From positions 2,891 to 66,890 of IMG/VR virus record IMGVR_UViG_3300028920_002938: DNA of 64,000 bases. One strand, given 5' to 3'. The position numbers and the translations under genes are program-made. Origin of the DNA: a virus. Below the pieces are notes generated by a model that searched no databases, was not told the origin of the DNA, and was given only the letters and a program-made list of their open reading frames with translations. Position 1 is the stretch's first letter. Each line of letters begins with the position of its first letter. This document shows, in pieces, positions 1 to 10,676 of this stretch.

Positions 1-68
1 ATTGTATTCCAATTAGAGTAAGACACATTATTTCCGCTAGCCATTGTGTCATACCAATTTGTTGCCAT
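1..68 (-). CDS. 5' part of a virion-module gene running off the window (MATNWYDTMASGNNVSYSNWNT...)
   Basis: ATG at 68 preceded by GGAGGT and the late intergenic ATGT motif; open to the window edge. Confidence 0.65.
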   Translation of the reverse strand, partial: MATNWYDTMASGNNVSYSNWNT

Positions 69-102
69 TCTATTCTACCTCCATTATAAATAAAAACATA
101 CA

Positions 103-765
103 TTATAGTGGGCTTAATATCTTACCCTCTATTTTTACAGCAAAGAAATTCTTAGTGAGAAATGTGTCACTAATAGATTTGACTGCTACAATTCTCCTTT
201 CTCTTATACTAGATATATTATATCCCCCTTTTGGTGATATTATAATACTATTAGCAGAACAATATGTAGAGTCAATAAATGTAGGCTTACCTAATACCTT
301 ATATAACTCTCTTACAGCTCCAGGTCTTAGATTTCTGTAGAGAGTATCTCTAACACCAGATACCATATATGTCTCTATTGTTATATCGTAGTTGTTTTCA
401 TCCCACCTACCTATATTACACTCAAGATGATAGTTAGGATATTGGTTGCAGGAATAATAGATTAGAGCATTACCTGAATATCTATATGATGACTTTAGAT
501 TAAAGTTAAGACTCTTGCCTGGGTCTACAATATCAAATGTAAATGTTGTTGATAGTTTTTGTGAACCAACACTATTCTTTATTTTAGCCTTTGCGGTACA
601 TCCTGAATCTACAACATCTTGTATATTGATATAATACTTACCATCACTATCACTATATCCAGTGACAGAACCATCATATGTAATTGTTATTGTAGCATTA
701 GCAGTGGGATTACCACTCTTATCATAAACATATCCATATAAGGCATATGGAAATGAAAGTGCCAT
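103..765 (-). CDS. Virion-associated protein with N-terminal prealbumin/carboxypeptidase-regulatory-like Ig domain
   Basis: PYALYGYVYDKSGNP..ATITI..SDSDGKYYINIQ pattern; homologous to the N-terminus of 21678..24926. Confidence 0.6.
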   Translation of the reverse strand: MALSFPYALYGYVYDKSGNPTANATITITYDGSVTGYSDSDGKYYINIQDVVDSGCTAKAKIKNSVGSQKLSTTFTFDIVDPGKSLNFNLKSSYRYSGNALIYYSCNQYPNYHLECNIGRWDENNYDITIETYMVSGVRDTLYRNLRPGAVRELYKVLGKPTFIDSTYCSANSIIISPKGGYNISSIRERRIVAVKSISDTFLTKNFFAVKIEGKILSPL

Positions 766-3700
766 TACTTACCACCTATATTTAATGTTTCTGCATCACT
801 TACTGCAACCATTATAACATCATCCTCATATACATCAATACTTGGCTCGTAAAATCCTACAATATATATATTCCAAACATAATTAGTTTCGTTCCAGTAG
901 TATATGGCTTCTCCACTATCTAATGTTGTAGATATATGAGTATCAGCTATATCTTTAAGTGTTGTTGCTGCATTGTCAGTCCATCCAACATAATTCTTAC
1001 CAGCAGTAGATGTAGTTAAACTAACTGACCTAGAATTAGAGTAGGACATATCTGCATTACCAACCATATCTATCTGTGTATCACCACCAGATTCAGTTAG
1101 ATATATCTTAACTATGTCGTATGTATGTATGTCAAAGTTGTCTCCAGAGTCATTATATGGATGATATTCATACCACCATCCATTCACATACCAATCATTG
1201 TTGTAATTTCCACTCTTATTCCATATAGATATATACTCTCCACTATTAAATGTTATACCAGAAGAATTATCTATAATGTCAGCACAATCCACCGCAGTAG
1301 TATTATCACCCAACCACACAAAGTATTCTAGTCCGTTTGTCCTAATAGTAGTATTGTATGTTTCAGGAGGTGATGGGGGCTGGTACTCATGGATACCTAT
1401 ATCAGTTGTGCCGACTCTACTGTTACCCCAGAAATCTGTAGATGGTGCATTTACATCAGTACCGTTATTGATGCATGGAGAAGTGGCAGTAATGTTAAAG
1501 TTACCATTATCTGAATTAACAAATTGTGGGTTGCCGTATACAGCTTCTTCTCCAAAGTTCCAATCAGTAAGGTTAGTATAAGTAGTTTCATCCCAACGGT
1601 TTTTATATGTACCAGAGGCACGATAATAACAATTATTACCTATATTAAGGTCTGTTGGTAATAAAAAGTGTCCACCAATAAAATTACTACTACCGTCGTA
1701 TTTGGTTAAAAATATGTTATTGTAGATATAAAACTCATCAATTGTCGTACCATTTATCTGATCTTGGCTATAATGACCTATTTGAATGAGATTATAATTA
1801 TTATTACTCCCAAGATGAACAACGTTATTATAAATATAGATATGATGGAATAAATCACCAGAGAAACCAGTGTTAGATATTCCAAGTGGTTCTGGATATG
1901 TGAGACTTGTAACGTCGTCTGGTTTTGTAAGGTTAATTATGTTGTTATAAATATATATGTATTCATAATGACCAGTAGTTTCAGTATTCAAAGAAATTCC
2001 AGATGCATTACCATATATAATATTATTAAAAATACTAATATTATGAGATACGCCACGAGCGTCAAGCATTATTGCCGGTCCACCATAATAATCTCCACCT
2101 ACTTGCTTTTGTAAAATACCTGTACCTGTATTGTTAATTGTATTATAACAACAATAACCGCCATTACACCCACCTTTCATATCAATATTTTCAGCGCGGT
2201 TATTAATTAATGTATTATTATTGATACTAAAATCAGTAACATTCTCAAAGCTTACTGTCTCCTGAGTGCTTTTAACCGCGCCAGTCCAATTATTGAAATT
2301 ATCATAAAGATAATTCCATTCAAATGTGATATTGTTATTCCCGTTTTTACTTTTTATAGCATGTCCTGAACTATTTGAAATAGTGCAATTATCAACACGT
2401 ATATTATTTACAGGGTCTTCACCTGCTAATACGCCAAGTGATATTCCGCCACTAGCACTATGATTAATTGTAAGACCAGTAATTCGAATATAATTACTTT
2501 CGTGAATTTGAAATACAGCATTAATACCATTGCTATATTGTGTAGGACAATTAGTTCCATCAACTATTACGACATCGTTTAAGTAATTTTGTATTGTTAG
2601 CCAATCGGATGACGCATCTTTACTTGTAATATCTATATGTCCACTCCACGGTGTATATGTTCCAGCCATGATATGAATTGTATCTCCATTCGTACTCTCA
2701 TTTACGGCTTTCCAAATTGTTTTAAAGGGATATATTAAACTTCCGTTATAATTATTATCGTCGCCAGATGTTGTATTAACGTAATAATCTGGACCTGAAT
2801 ATGGTCCACATGATATATCGTATTCGTGTATTCCGATATCTGTGATACCGATTCTACTGTTCCCCCAGAAGTCTAATAACGGTGCGTCTACATTGCTACC
2901 ATTGTTGATGGCAGGTGAATTAACTGTTATGTTAAAATCGCCACCGTCTGGGTCAACAAACGCAGGGGAAGCATTGATTTCATCTGTTCCCCAATACCTA
3001 GAGTCCGACACGTTGAAAAGGTTATGGTCTACATTGTGGTATTGTAGCAATAATTTATCAGATTTATCTGGGATATAAATACCATATGAAGCACCAGCAG
3101 AGTTATTATCCATAATGTTGTTTCTTATAGTTAAATTTACAAAGCTACTATTTACGTCAGTAATAAAAATTCCTACGCTAATGTTATACATAACATTGTT
3201 CCAAAAACCACAATTTGTTTTAAGATGTGACCCTGGTTCACTTGTATGATTATTTACATGAAATGCGTCGCTATCTCCTGATCCGTTGTAAATATTATTA
3301 TAGAACGATATATTGTCTAATGTTCCGCCCTGTTCAGTCCCCATTGTATATCCTGTTGTATTGCCCCAAACAATATTATTGTATATCGAAATATTACTGG
3401 CATCATCGTCAAAGGCGTCAACGTATATACCGCCATTACCTAAGTTGCCACCTACAATTGTGACATTAACTCTATTATTATAGATAAAACCATCGCGAGC
3501 AGTGTTTTTAGCATCTATATTAAGTTTATAATTGTGATAAAGGTAATTATCCCTAACCCAAAACCGTGTTACATTTGATATGGTTATAACCTCATTTGGA
3601 GCTGGATTATGTGCAGGATTCCAACTGTTCTGACAATTGTATAGAGTGTTATTCTCAACTATAATGTCTTCTATATATCCATATGCTGGATTTCCCGGAT

Positions 3701-6700
3701 AAAAATATATTCCTGAATCACTACAATTATAGAATGTACAGTTATCAACAGTTATGTTATGTGTTCCTGGTCCTAATGAACCATCAGCTCTAAAACCATT
3801 ACAACTCGAATTAGCAAATGTCAATCCAGTAATGCGAATATATGATTCATTAATTAACCATATCAATCCATCTGTTGCATCATTATCGCCACTACCATCA
3901 ATGGTTACATCATCATTTTCATAATTAGTATAAGTAATCCAATTATCAGACGTTCCACTATTAGCAGTTACTCCCCATGCAGATACATATTCTTGATAAT
4001 TTCCTTTCATTATATATAAAGTATCTCCAGCGTCTATTAAGTCCATACCATGAGTGATTGTTAACCAAGGACTTATAAGACTTCCATTATTAGTATCTAA
4101 TCCTGATGTTGCGTTTACATAATAATTAGGTCCTGCATATGAATCATCTTGTGTTTCAAAATGATAAGTTTCGTTGCACCAATCTTCTTCATCTGTTAAA
4201 TTTACTGACCAATAATATGTTGTGCCGTAATCTGAAAAGTTACTGTTTGTTTGATATATAACACCACCGTCTGATAATGATGAATTCTCAGTACCAAATT
4301 GAACCCAAGTACCACTACTATTACTATACCATTTAGCACTCATAGTATCATCGTCTTCGTCATTAACTGTTACATTTAATGTAGGAGTTGTCGCTATATT
4401 AGCAGATGCGTTAGTTGGACTTTCACCCTGTATCGTTGGTGCATTGTTTATTGGCGATTCTTCAGTTGTAAAGTTATATTCTGTATTAAGCCAATTAACG
4501 TCGTCACTGCAATTAATCCACCAAGTGTATTCAGTATCATAAGACAATCCACTAACAGTACATGTTTTTGTTCCTTCAGTTTCTCCCCATCCTTCATCAC
4601 TACCGATATCTGGACTAGTCTCGATATACCAATAAACTAAATCATTATCTGGTTCATCTATATCAACGCTTAAAGTTGTAGTAGAAATAGAAACATCTTC
4701 TGTGTCGTCACTTGGTGATTCGCTACTTAATGAACACTTGCCACCTATCTTTGGAATATATACGCCTGTAGCTAACCTTCTTTCGCTATAATGACAAGTA
4801 TCTGTCCTAACAGGATAATCTATTGGTGCATATGCAAACGTATCGTAACATGAAAAATTACCTACTGTAGAACTCATTCCACAAACTTCATTAAGCCCGT
4901 CATTATCTACATCTTGGACGACAAAATATACACCATAGCCTTCAGTAATTTCTCCAACATTTGTATAATTGGCGTCGTATATATCATAAGCACCATCTTC
5001 CCATACAGACCCTGAAAGTATATCTAACGAACTATCATTTATTATGTTTACAAAATCTGGCGGTTCACTCATGCGTTCAAGAGTACCCTCACTTTGCCAA
5101 TCAGTCCAATCCCAGATTTCTCCATCTTCAGTAGCACCATAATATCCATCTGCAATTTCAACATGACCATCTTCGTCAACGTCGTAAACTGCGAGAGTAT
5201 GATGAACAGATAAACCAAGAGTTGAGTCGCATTTACCTGCTATTTGTGACCCATTAGCCCAAAAAGAATATATTCCACCATTGGTATTTGAATTAGAAGC
5301 TATCAATACTTCTAAATCTTCGTCGCCTGTTAAATTAATTAAAGCTGCACAGTGGGATTCGGAACCAAAACTTGCAGTCGTCCATAAGTTCTCTAAATCT
5401 TCATTATAACATATACTGTCACCACTGTCACTCATAACTATCTCAAATTCTCCGTCTCTATCCAAATCAGCTATTGACACACCACCATAGCATGTGTAGC
5501 TCGTGTTAGTACTAGTGGCAACTAGCGCACCTGTCGTACCATTAAGTTTACTTGTCGCTGCGCTACCGCCAAATGCAGTGTTGTCAGAAACCCAAACATA
5601 TGGATAATTATTGTCGTCAGTATCGGCAATAGCTACGTATCCCCAACCAGAATCGGTAGCGACATCCCAAAAGATAGAACCATCTTCTGCATTACGTGCT
5701 ACAGACCTATAACCTGCTGCATGAACAAGTTCATAATCGCCATCGTTATCTAAATCATCGCAAGCAAGTGGTATATGCCAATCAACTAAATAACTGGCAG
5801 ACATAAACTTTTGCCATATTATTTCACCTGTTGAACCATTAAGACAAAAGATAGTAGCATTATCAAAATCTGGGTCATCAGTCCCAGCGTGAAATATTTC
5901 ATATATTCCATCGTCGTCGATGTCTACTGCAATTGGTTCGGCTGTTGGAGCATAGTTACGCACTCCAGTCATAATACCTGATGTTCTCCATTTAAGTTTT
6001 CCCCACTTATCAGTCATTGTAAAATGATAAGTCTCATTCTTCCATGTTCCTGCACCGTCTGTAACGTTAGCACTCCACCAATACTTTGTATCTTTATCAG
6101 AAAAATTAGAATTAAATCCGCTTATGTTAGTATTATTAGCAACAGAACTTTCAGAATCAAATTGTACCCAAGAACCAGTAGAGTTAGACCACCATGTTAT
6201 GTCCATAGCATCTCCAGTAGAATGTTCTATATTAACGTATAATCTTGGAATCGGACCAATGTCACTAGAATCGTTTGTTGGTGCTTCATTAGATAATGTA
6301 ATTTCTGGCACACTTGTGTTAAAAGTATAAACAAAATTCTTCCAGTTTACATTATCAGAAACATTAACGTACCATGTATATTCAGTATCAATTGCTAAAT
6401 CACTTACAGAACACGAAATAGTTCCTTCTGCATCGCCCTCACCACTATCTGAACCTATATCAGGACTTGTCTCTATTGACCAATATATTGGGTCATCATC
6501 TGGTTCATCAACTGATACACTTAAAGTAGATGTTGCAGTAGATACGTCACTAGCTCCGTCACTTGGTGATTCACTTGACAATACACATTTTCCACCAATC
6601 TTTGGTATGTATATGCCAGCAGCTTGTCGTCTTTCACTATAGTATGTAGTATCTGTTCTAACTTGAGGACTATTAACTTCTGTTAAAAGGTCATAGCATG

Positions 6701-9700
6701 AAAAATTATGATAATTAGTAGCAGATTTTCCACCGCCAAAAATACAAAGCTCATTAAGTCCATCATCGTCAACATCTTGTACGATGAAATAAGGACCATA
6801 ACACCAATTAATTTCAGGATTAGAACCTATTTCATCCACATTATCATAGCTTGAATCATAAATATCCATATATGCATCAACCCAAGAACCACCTGAAAGT
6901 ATTTCAAGGTCGCTATCACCAATAACGTTCACAAAATCTGGAGGTTCACTACCCTTTTCAAGAATTGTATCATTATCCCAATCGTCTACGTCAAATACGT
7001 AAACTGTATCTGGATATGATGGTGGGTCTAATTTTCCAATTACGACTTCAATACTTCCATCTTTATCTATATCATAAGCAGCTGGTTGACAATGACATGT
7101 ATCAGCTGCCCATATGCTACTATCTCCTTTCCAAAGAGTTCCGTTGGCATAATAAATATACATACCATCAGGACCCACGTCAGCTCCATTTTGATTTAGC
7201 ATGATAACTTCAAGGTCGGCGTCACCAGTACAATTAATTAGTACAGCGCAATGACTTTCAGAACTAAACGATGCTGTAGTCCAAAGGTTTTCCAAATCTT
7301 CATTGTAGCAGATGCTATCGCCACTATCGCTCATTACTATTTCAAATTCACCATCTCTATCAAGGTCTGCGATAGATACACCGCCATAACAAGTATAAGA
7401 TGTATTTGTACTAATAGCAACTAATGCTCCTGTAGTGCCATTGAGTTTTCTAGTTGCGGCAGAACCCTCAAAACCAGTATTACTAGAAACATATACATAA
7501 GGCCATCCATTATCATCTGTATCTGCTATAGCGGGGGTTCCCCAGCCACTATCTTGCGCAACTTCCCATAAAATAGTGCCATTCATACCATGTCTAGCAG
7601 TTGTAGTAGTTCCCGAAGCATGAACAAGTTCCTTGACACCATCATTATTAATATCGCCTATAGCCATAGGAATATGATACCCAGTAAGAGTTGTAATGTT
7701 TTTTTGCCAGTTTAATTCGCCTGTTGAACCATTGAAACAAACTATACCACTCTTCCAACTTCCATCATAAGTCCGATGTCCATGAAAAATTTCGTATATA
7801 CCATCCCCATTTATATCATCAGCAACAGGATTAGTATAGCTCGATGGTGTACCTATATTAGGGTCATAATTAATATTTCTCCATTTAAGTTGCCAATCAT
7901 CTGTTTGACTAGTGAAATGATATGTCGTATTAGTCCAATTACCTATACCATCAGTTGCATTAACACTCCAATAGTAAGTTGTATCTTTACTAGAGAAATT
8001 TGAATTAAAAGTGGTTATATTTGTATTGTTAGATACACTAGAAGCAGAATCAAATTGTGCCCAAGAACCTGATGAATTGCTCCACCATTCAACATCCATC
8101 GACACATCATTATTATTTGAAACAATTACATAAAGATATGGAATTAGTCCTACATCTGTAGTTTCATTTACAGGAGACTCGCCAGACTGTGAAATAATTG
8201 TTTGTGAAGGTGTTTCAGTAGTAAAATGAAACGTCTCATTATTCCAATATTCGCCATCTGTAACATTCATTGACCAATAGTATGTTTCTGAAAAATCACT
8301 AAAATTAGAATTTAATTGACTTATATTAGTATTATTTACGACACTTGTATTTGTACCAAACAATGCCCATGAACCTTCACTATTGCTATACCATGTAACG
8401 GTCAAATAATCGCCATCTGGGTCAGAAACAATCCCAGCAACTAAGGAGTTAACAGCAATATCAGTAGAACTATTTGTTGGAGATTCGCCAGAAATTGCAT
8501 TTGGCGCACTATTTATCATTGGTTCTTCCATTCCAATTGTTAAGAAACCCTCCTCTTGATTTTGGTTGCTAAAAGTAGCATTAATCCATGCTGGGTCTAA
8601 AGTGCCATTCATTATTACAACTTCATCTACAGTTCCATTAAAATCATAATCACTAGTTGTATCTTTTGTCCATGTTGTTGAACAACCAATACCCCACGGA
8701 TACGCTGAAAAATTAAGATTATCATTCGACGCAGCACTTGTATCATCAACTAAATAAGTAGTGTCATTTCCAATAGTTATAATTTCGCCTCGATTTGCCA
8801 CCATAGCACAGAAATACCAAAAATGCGCTGTGGCGCCTGTGGTATGGCAAAAGTTGTCATAAACAACATCGTCTAGTTTTAATCTAGTTAGTAAAGACCC
8901 ATTATTAGCTGTACCACAGCGTATACCATCATTCGCATAATATCTAGAAATAATACCTCGATTTGTAAGAAATCCGTCATTAATATCTGGGTCCCCAATT
9001 TCCCAATATGCATCTGACCTAACCCAACAATATATCGTTATTGGTTGGTCTTCATTTATCGCATCTAAAACTAAAGCGTCATCTACGTTTGAGAAGTTAC
9101 AGGCATATCCTACTTTGCCTTCACTCCTATATGGGTCTCCTGCATAATTAGTTGTAGCAGATGCGTCATTATTATTAGAAGTAGAGTCTGTATAATGGTC
9201 GGCATCGGCACTATATTCTTCTTCTAAATGCTGTACCATGCGAAAATTACTATTCCATGTATTTTCAATATCCCACTGATTTCCTATAGAATCATTACCA
9301 TAGTACATATTAAAGTGGGTATCTGTATCATCAGAAATACTTGTAACATTTACCCATGCCCAAAGTGTGCCATTCGTACTATCATAATACTCTATTTCAT
9401 GATTGAATTTAGTAACATTATACGTATCAACAAATATTATATCCCCACCATCAGATTGTGCATGTGATTGTAAACCAGAATCATTATCCATATATACTAA
9501 TAATGGAAAGTTTGTCAATTCACTATCAATTTGACTACTATCAATCGTTATATCTCTTCTATAATCAAAATCACTACTATACCATCCAGCGTCGCTAACT
9601 TCGTATGTGCAATACATACAATATCTATAACCACTAGATGATTCACCAGTTAATGGGTCATCCCAGTCACCGTAATAATCATATTTGTAAAAACTCCATC

Positions 9701-10286
9701 CCGTATATTGTTCTCTATATAACGCTGAATAACCACTCGTTTCTTCTGCCCAACATACTAAATAATAATCAGTATTATTTGTGATTGTGGGTCCATCTCC
9801 AGTAAAATTAAATTCTATCCAATGGTTTCCAGTACCTATTGTAGAAAAATCAACTTCTTCAGTTTCAGCTAATAAATCCCCAGCATAAGAAGAAGTATTA
9901 TCAACATATTCATACAATGCACATTTAGCACTACCAGTCCATTCATTGTCTAAAATTCTAGCTGTGATTGATACTCCTACACCATCACCACTTGTAGGAG
10001 TAGCCCGAGAACCTATTTGAAAATCTTCAGCACCCAGAGAAGTTGTTCCTGTACTTTCAAATCCAAAATTAAATTCTGGACCAGCAGGAGGATTAATAGG
10101 TGGACCATCTTCACCATCATATAGAATTAACCCACCAGCAGATAAACTACCAGCTAGAATGAAACCAATAATCTTTTTCCAATTTTTCTTTATCCATTTC
10201 TTTATACTATCAATTCTTGGAATAACTATAATTGCAGTTAGTCCAACTAATAGTAGGAGGATAAGTATTGGTATTATTAAACTCAT
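765..10286 (-). CDS. Giant (3173 aa) membrane-anchored adhesin-like protein: DUF2341-like, LamG-like, Ig-like repeats, two FG-GAP propellers, two right-handed beta-helix domains
   Basis: Two N-terminal hydrophobic segments; WYSSDFDYRRDITID..NFPLLV..YYGN (DUF2341-like); DxDxDGxxE repeats; repeated ESPTN/ESPSD Ig-like units; YYVN..G.D.N.GS...P..TI beta-helix starts; very many N-x-S/T sequons. Confidence 0.8.
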   Translation of the reverse strand: MSLIIPILILLLLVGLTAIIVIPRIDSIKKWIKKNWKKIIGFILAGSLSAGGLILYDGEDGPPINPPAGPEFNFGFESTGTTSLGAEDFQIGSRATPTSGDGVGVSITARILDNEWTGSAKCALYEYVDNTSSYAGDLLAETEEVDFSTIGTGNHWIEFNFTGDGPTITNNTDYYLVCWAEETSGYSALYREQYTGWSFYKYDYYGDWDDPLTGESSSGYRYCMYCTYEVSDAGWYSSDFDYRRDITIDSSQIDSELTNFPLLVYMDNDSGLQSHAQSDGGDIIFVDTYNVTKFNHEIEYYDSTNGTLWAWVNVTSISDDTDTHFNMYYGNDSIGNQWDIENTWNSNFRMVQHLEEEYSADADHYTDSTSNNNDASATTNYAGDPYRSEGKVGYACNFSNVDDALVLDAINEDQPITIYCWVRSDAYWEIGDPDINDGFLTNRGIISRYYANDGIRCGTANNGSLLTRLKLDDVVYDNFCHTTGATAHFWYFCAMVANRGEIITIGNDTTYLVDDTSAASNDNLNFSAYPWGIGCSTTWTKDTTSDYDFNGTVDEVVIMNGTLDPAWINATFSNQNQEEGFLTIGMEEPMINSAPNAISGESPTNSSTDIAVNSLVAGIVSDPDGDYLTVTWYSNSEGSWALFGTNTSVVNNTNISQLNSNFSDFSETYYWSMNVTDGEYWNNETFHFTTETPSQTIISQSGESPVNETTDVGLIPYLYVIVSNNNDVSMDVEWWSNSSGSWAQFDSASSVSNNTNITTFNSNFSSKDTTYYWSVNATDGIGNWTNTTYHFTSQTDDWQLKWRNINYDPNIGTPSSYTNPVADDINGDGIYEIFHGHRTYDGSWKSGIVCFNGSTGELNWQKNITTLTGYHIPMAIGDINNDGVKELVHASGTTTTARHGMNGTILWEVAQDSGWGTPAIADTDDNGWPYVYVSSNTGFEGSAATRKLNGTTGALVAISTNTSYTCYGGVSIADLDRDGEFEIVMSDSGDSICYNEDLENLWTTASFSSESHCAVLINCTGDADLEVIMLNQNGADVGPDGMYIYYANGTLWKGDSSIWAADTCHCQPAAYDIDKDGSIEVVIGKLDPPSYPDTVYVFDVDDWDNDTILEKGSEPPDFVNVIGDSDLEILSGGSWVDAYMDIYDSSYDNVDEIGSNPEINWCYGPYFIVQDVDDDGLNELCIFGGGKSATNYHNFSCYDLLTEVNSPQVRTDTTYYSERRQAAGIYIPKIGGKCVLSSESPSDGASDVSTATSTLSVSVDEPDDDPIYWSIETSPDIGSDSGEGDAEGTISCSVSDLAIDTEYTWYVNVSDNVNWKNFVYTFNTSVPEITLSNEAPTNDSSDIGPIPRLYVNIEHSTGDAMDITWWSNSTGSWVQFDSESSVANNTNISGFNSNFSDKDTKYWWSANVTDGAGTWKNETYHFTMTDKWGKLKWRTSGIMTGVRNYAPTAEPIAVDIDDDGIYEIFHAGTDDPDFDNATIFCLNGSTGEIIWQKFMSASYLVDWHIPLACDDLDNDGDYELVHAAGYRSVARNAEDGSIFWDVATDSGWGYVAIADTDDNNYPYVWVSDNTAFGGSAATSKLNGTTGALVATSTNTSYTCYGGVSIADLDRDGEFEIVMSDSGDSICYNEDLENLWTTASFGSESHCAALINLTGDEDLEVLIASNSNTNGGIYSFWANGSQIAGKCDSTLGLSVHHTLAVYDVDEDGHVEIADGYYGATEDGEIWDWTDWQSEGTLERMSEPPDFVNIINDSSLDILSGSVWEDGAYDIYDANYTNVGEITEGYGVYFVVQDVDNDGLNEVCGMSSTVGNFSCYDTFAYAPIDYPVRTDTCHYSERRLATGVYIPKIGGKCSLSSESPSDDTEDVSISTTTLSVDIDEPDNDLVYWYIETSPDIGSDEGWGETEGTKTCTVSGLSYDTEYTWWINCSDDVNWLNTEYNFTTEESPINNAPTIQGESPTNASANIATTPTLNVTVNDEDDDTMSAKWYSNSSGTWVQFGTENSSLSDGGVIYQTNSNFSDYGTTYYWSVNLTDEEDWCNETYHFETQDDSYAGPNYYVNATSGLDTNNGSLISPWLTITHGMDLIDAGDTLYIMKGNYQEYVSAWGVTANSGTSDNWITYTNYENDDVTIDGSGDNDATDGLIWLINESYIRITGLTFANSSCNGFRADGSLGPGTHNITVDNCTFYNCSDSGIYFYPGNPAYGYIEDIIVENNTLYNCQNSWNPAHNPAPNEVITISNVTRFWVRDNYLYHNYKLNIDAKNTARDGFIYNNRVNVTIVGGNLGNGGIYVDAFDDDASNISIYNNIVWGNTTGYTMGTEQGGTLDNISFYNNIYNGSGDSDAFHVNNHTSEPGSHLKTNCGFWNNVMYNISVGIFITDVNSSFVNLTIRNNIMDNNSAGASYGIYIPDKSDKLLLQYHNVDHNLFNVSDSRYWGTDEINASPAFVDPDGGDFNITVNSPAINNGSNVDAPLLDFWGNSRIGITDIGIHEYDISCGPYSGPDYYVNTTSGDDNNYNGSLIYPFKTIWKAVNESTNGDTIHIMAGTYTPWSGHIDITSKDASSDWLTIQNYLNDVVIVDGTNCPTQYSNGINAVFQIHESNYIRITGLTINHSASGGISLGVLAGEDPVNNIRVDNCTISNSSGHAIKSKNGNNNITFEWNYLYDNFNNWTGAVKSTQETVSFENVTDFSINNNTLINNRAENIDMKGGCNGGYCCYNTINNTGTGILQKQVGGDYYGGPAIMLDARGVSHNISIFNNIIYGNASGISLNTETTGHYEYIYIYNNIINLTKPDDVTSLTYPEPLGISNTGFSGDLFHHIYIYNNVVHLGSNNNYNLIQIGHYSQDQINGTTIDEFYIYNNIFLTKYDGSSNFIGGHFLLPTDLNIGNNCYYRASGTYKNRWDETTYTNLTDWNFGEEAVYGNPQFVNSDNGNFNITATSPCINNGTDVNAPSTDFWGNSRVGTTDIGIHEYQPPSPPETYNTTIRTNGLEYFVWLGDNTTAVDCADIIDNSSGITFNSGEYISIWNKSGNYNNDWYVNGWWYEYHPYNDSGDNFDIHTYDIVKIYLTESGGDTQIDMVGNADMSYSNSRSVSLTTSTAGKNYVGWTDNAATTLKDIADTHISTTLDSGEAIYYWNETNYVWNIYIVGFYEPSIDVYEDDVIMVAVSDAETLNIGGK

Positions 10287-10317
10287 ATTTAACCTTTCTT
10301 ATATAAACATTTAAACA

Positions 10318-10674
10318 TTATTCTATCTCCTTTGATATAAAGGGAATGTAAACTTTTTTACCCTTAATTCGAATTGGTAAAGCTCCAAATACTTCTGTAT
10401 TGTTTCTTATCCAATCCCATGATACCCCAGAAGGTCTAACAAACCTGTCTGGTAATTCACTAAAGTCTATATTATTACTATCTAATTTGATGTTTCCGCC
10501 TACAATATTTACACTACCAGATTTATCCACTTCTATGAGAGAGTTCTTACCTTTTATTATAAATGTACCCTCTCCTGTACTAGCTATGTATGTTCCGTAG
10601 TCATCGAGATATATTCTCTTTGCTAATATATATTCTTGTCTATTCTTTTTTGCCATCTTTTCTCTATATCCCAT
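10318..10674 (-). CDS. Hypothetical tail-region protein
   Basis: 118 aa ORF in the operon directly after the tail hub gene. Confidence 0.6.
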   Translation of the reverse strand: MGYREKMAKKNRQEYILAKRIYLDDYGTYIASTGEGTFIIKGKNSLIEVDKSGSVNIVGGNIKLDSNNIDFSELPDRFVRPSGVSWDWIRNNTEVFGALPIRIKGKKVYIPFISKEIE

Positions 10675-10676
10675 TA

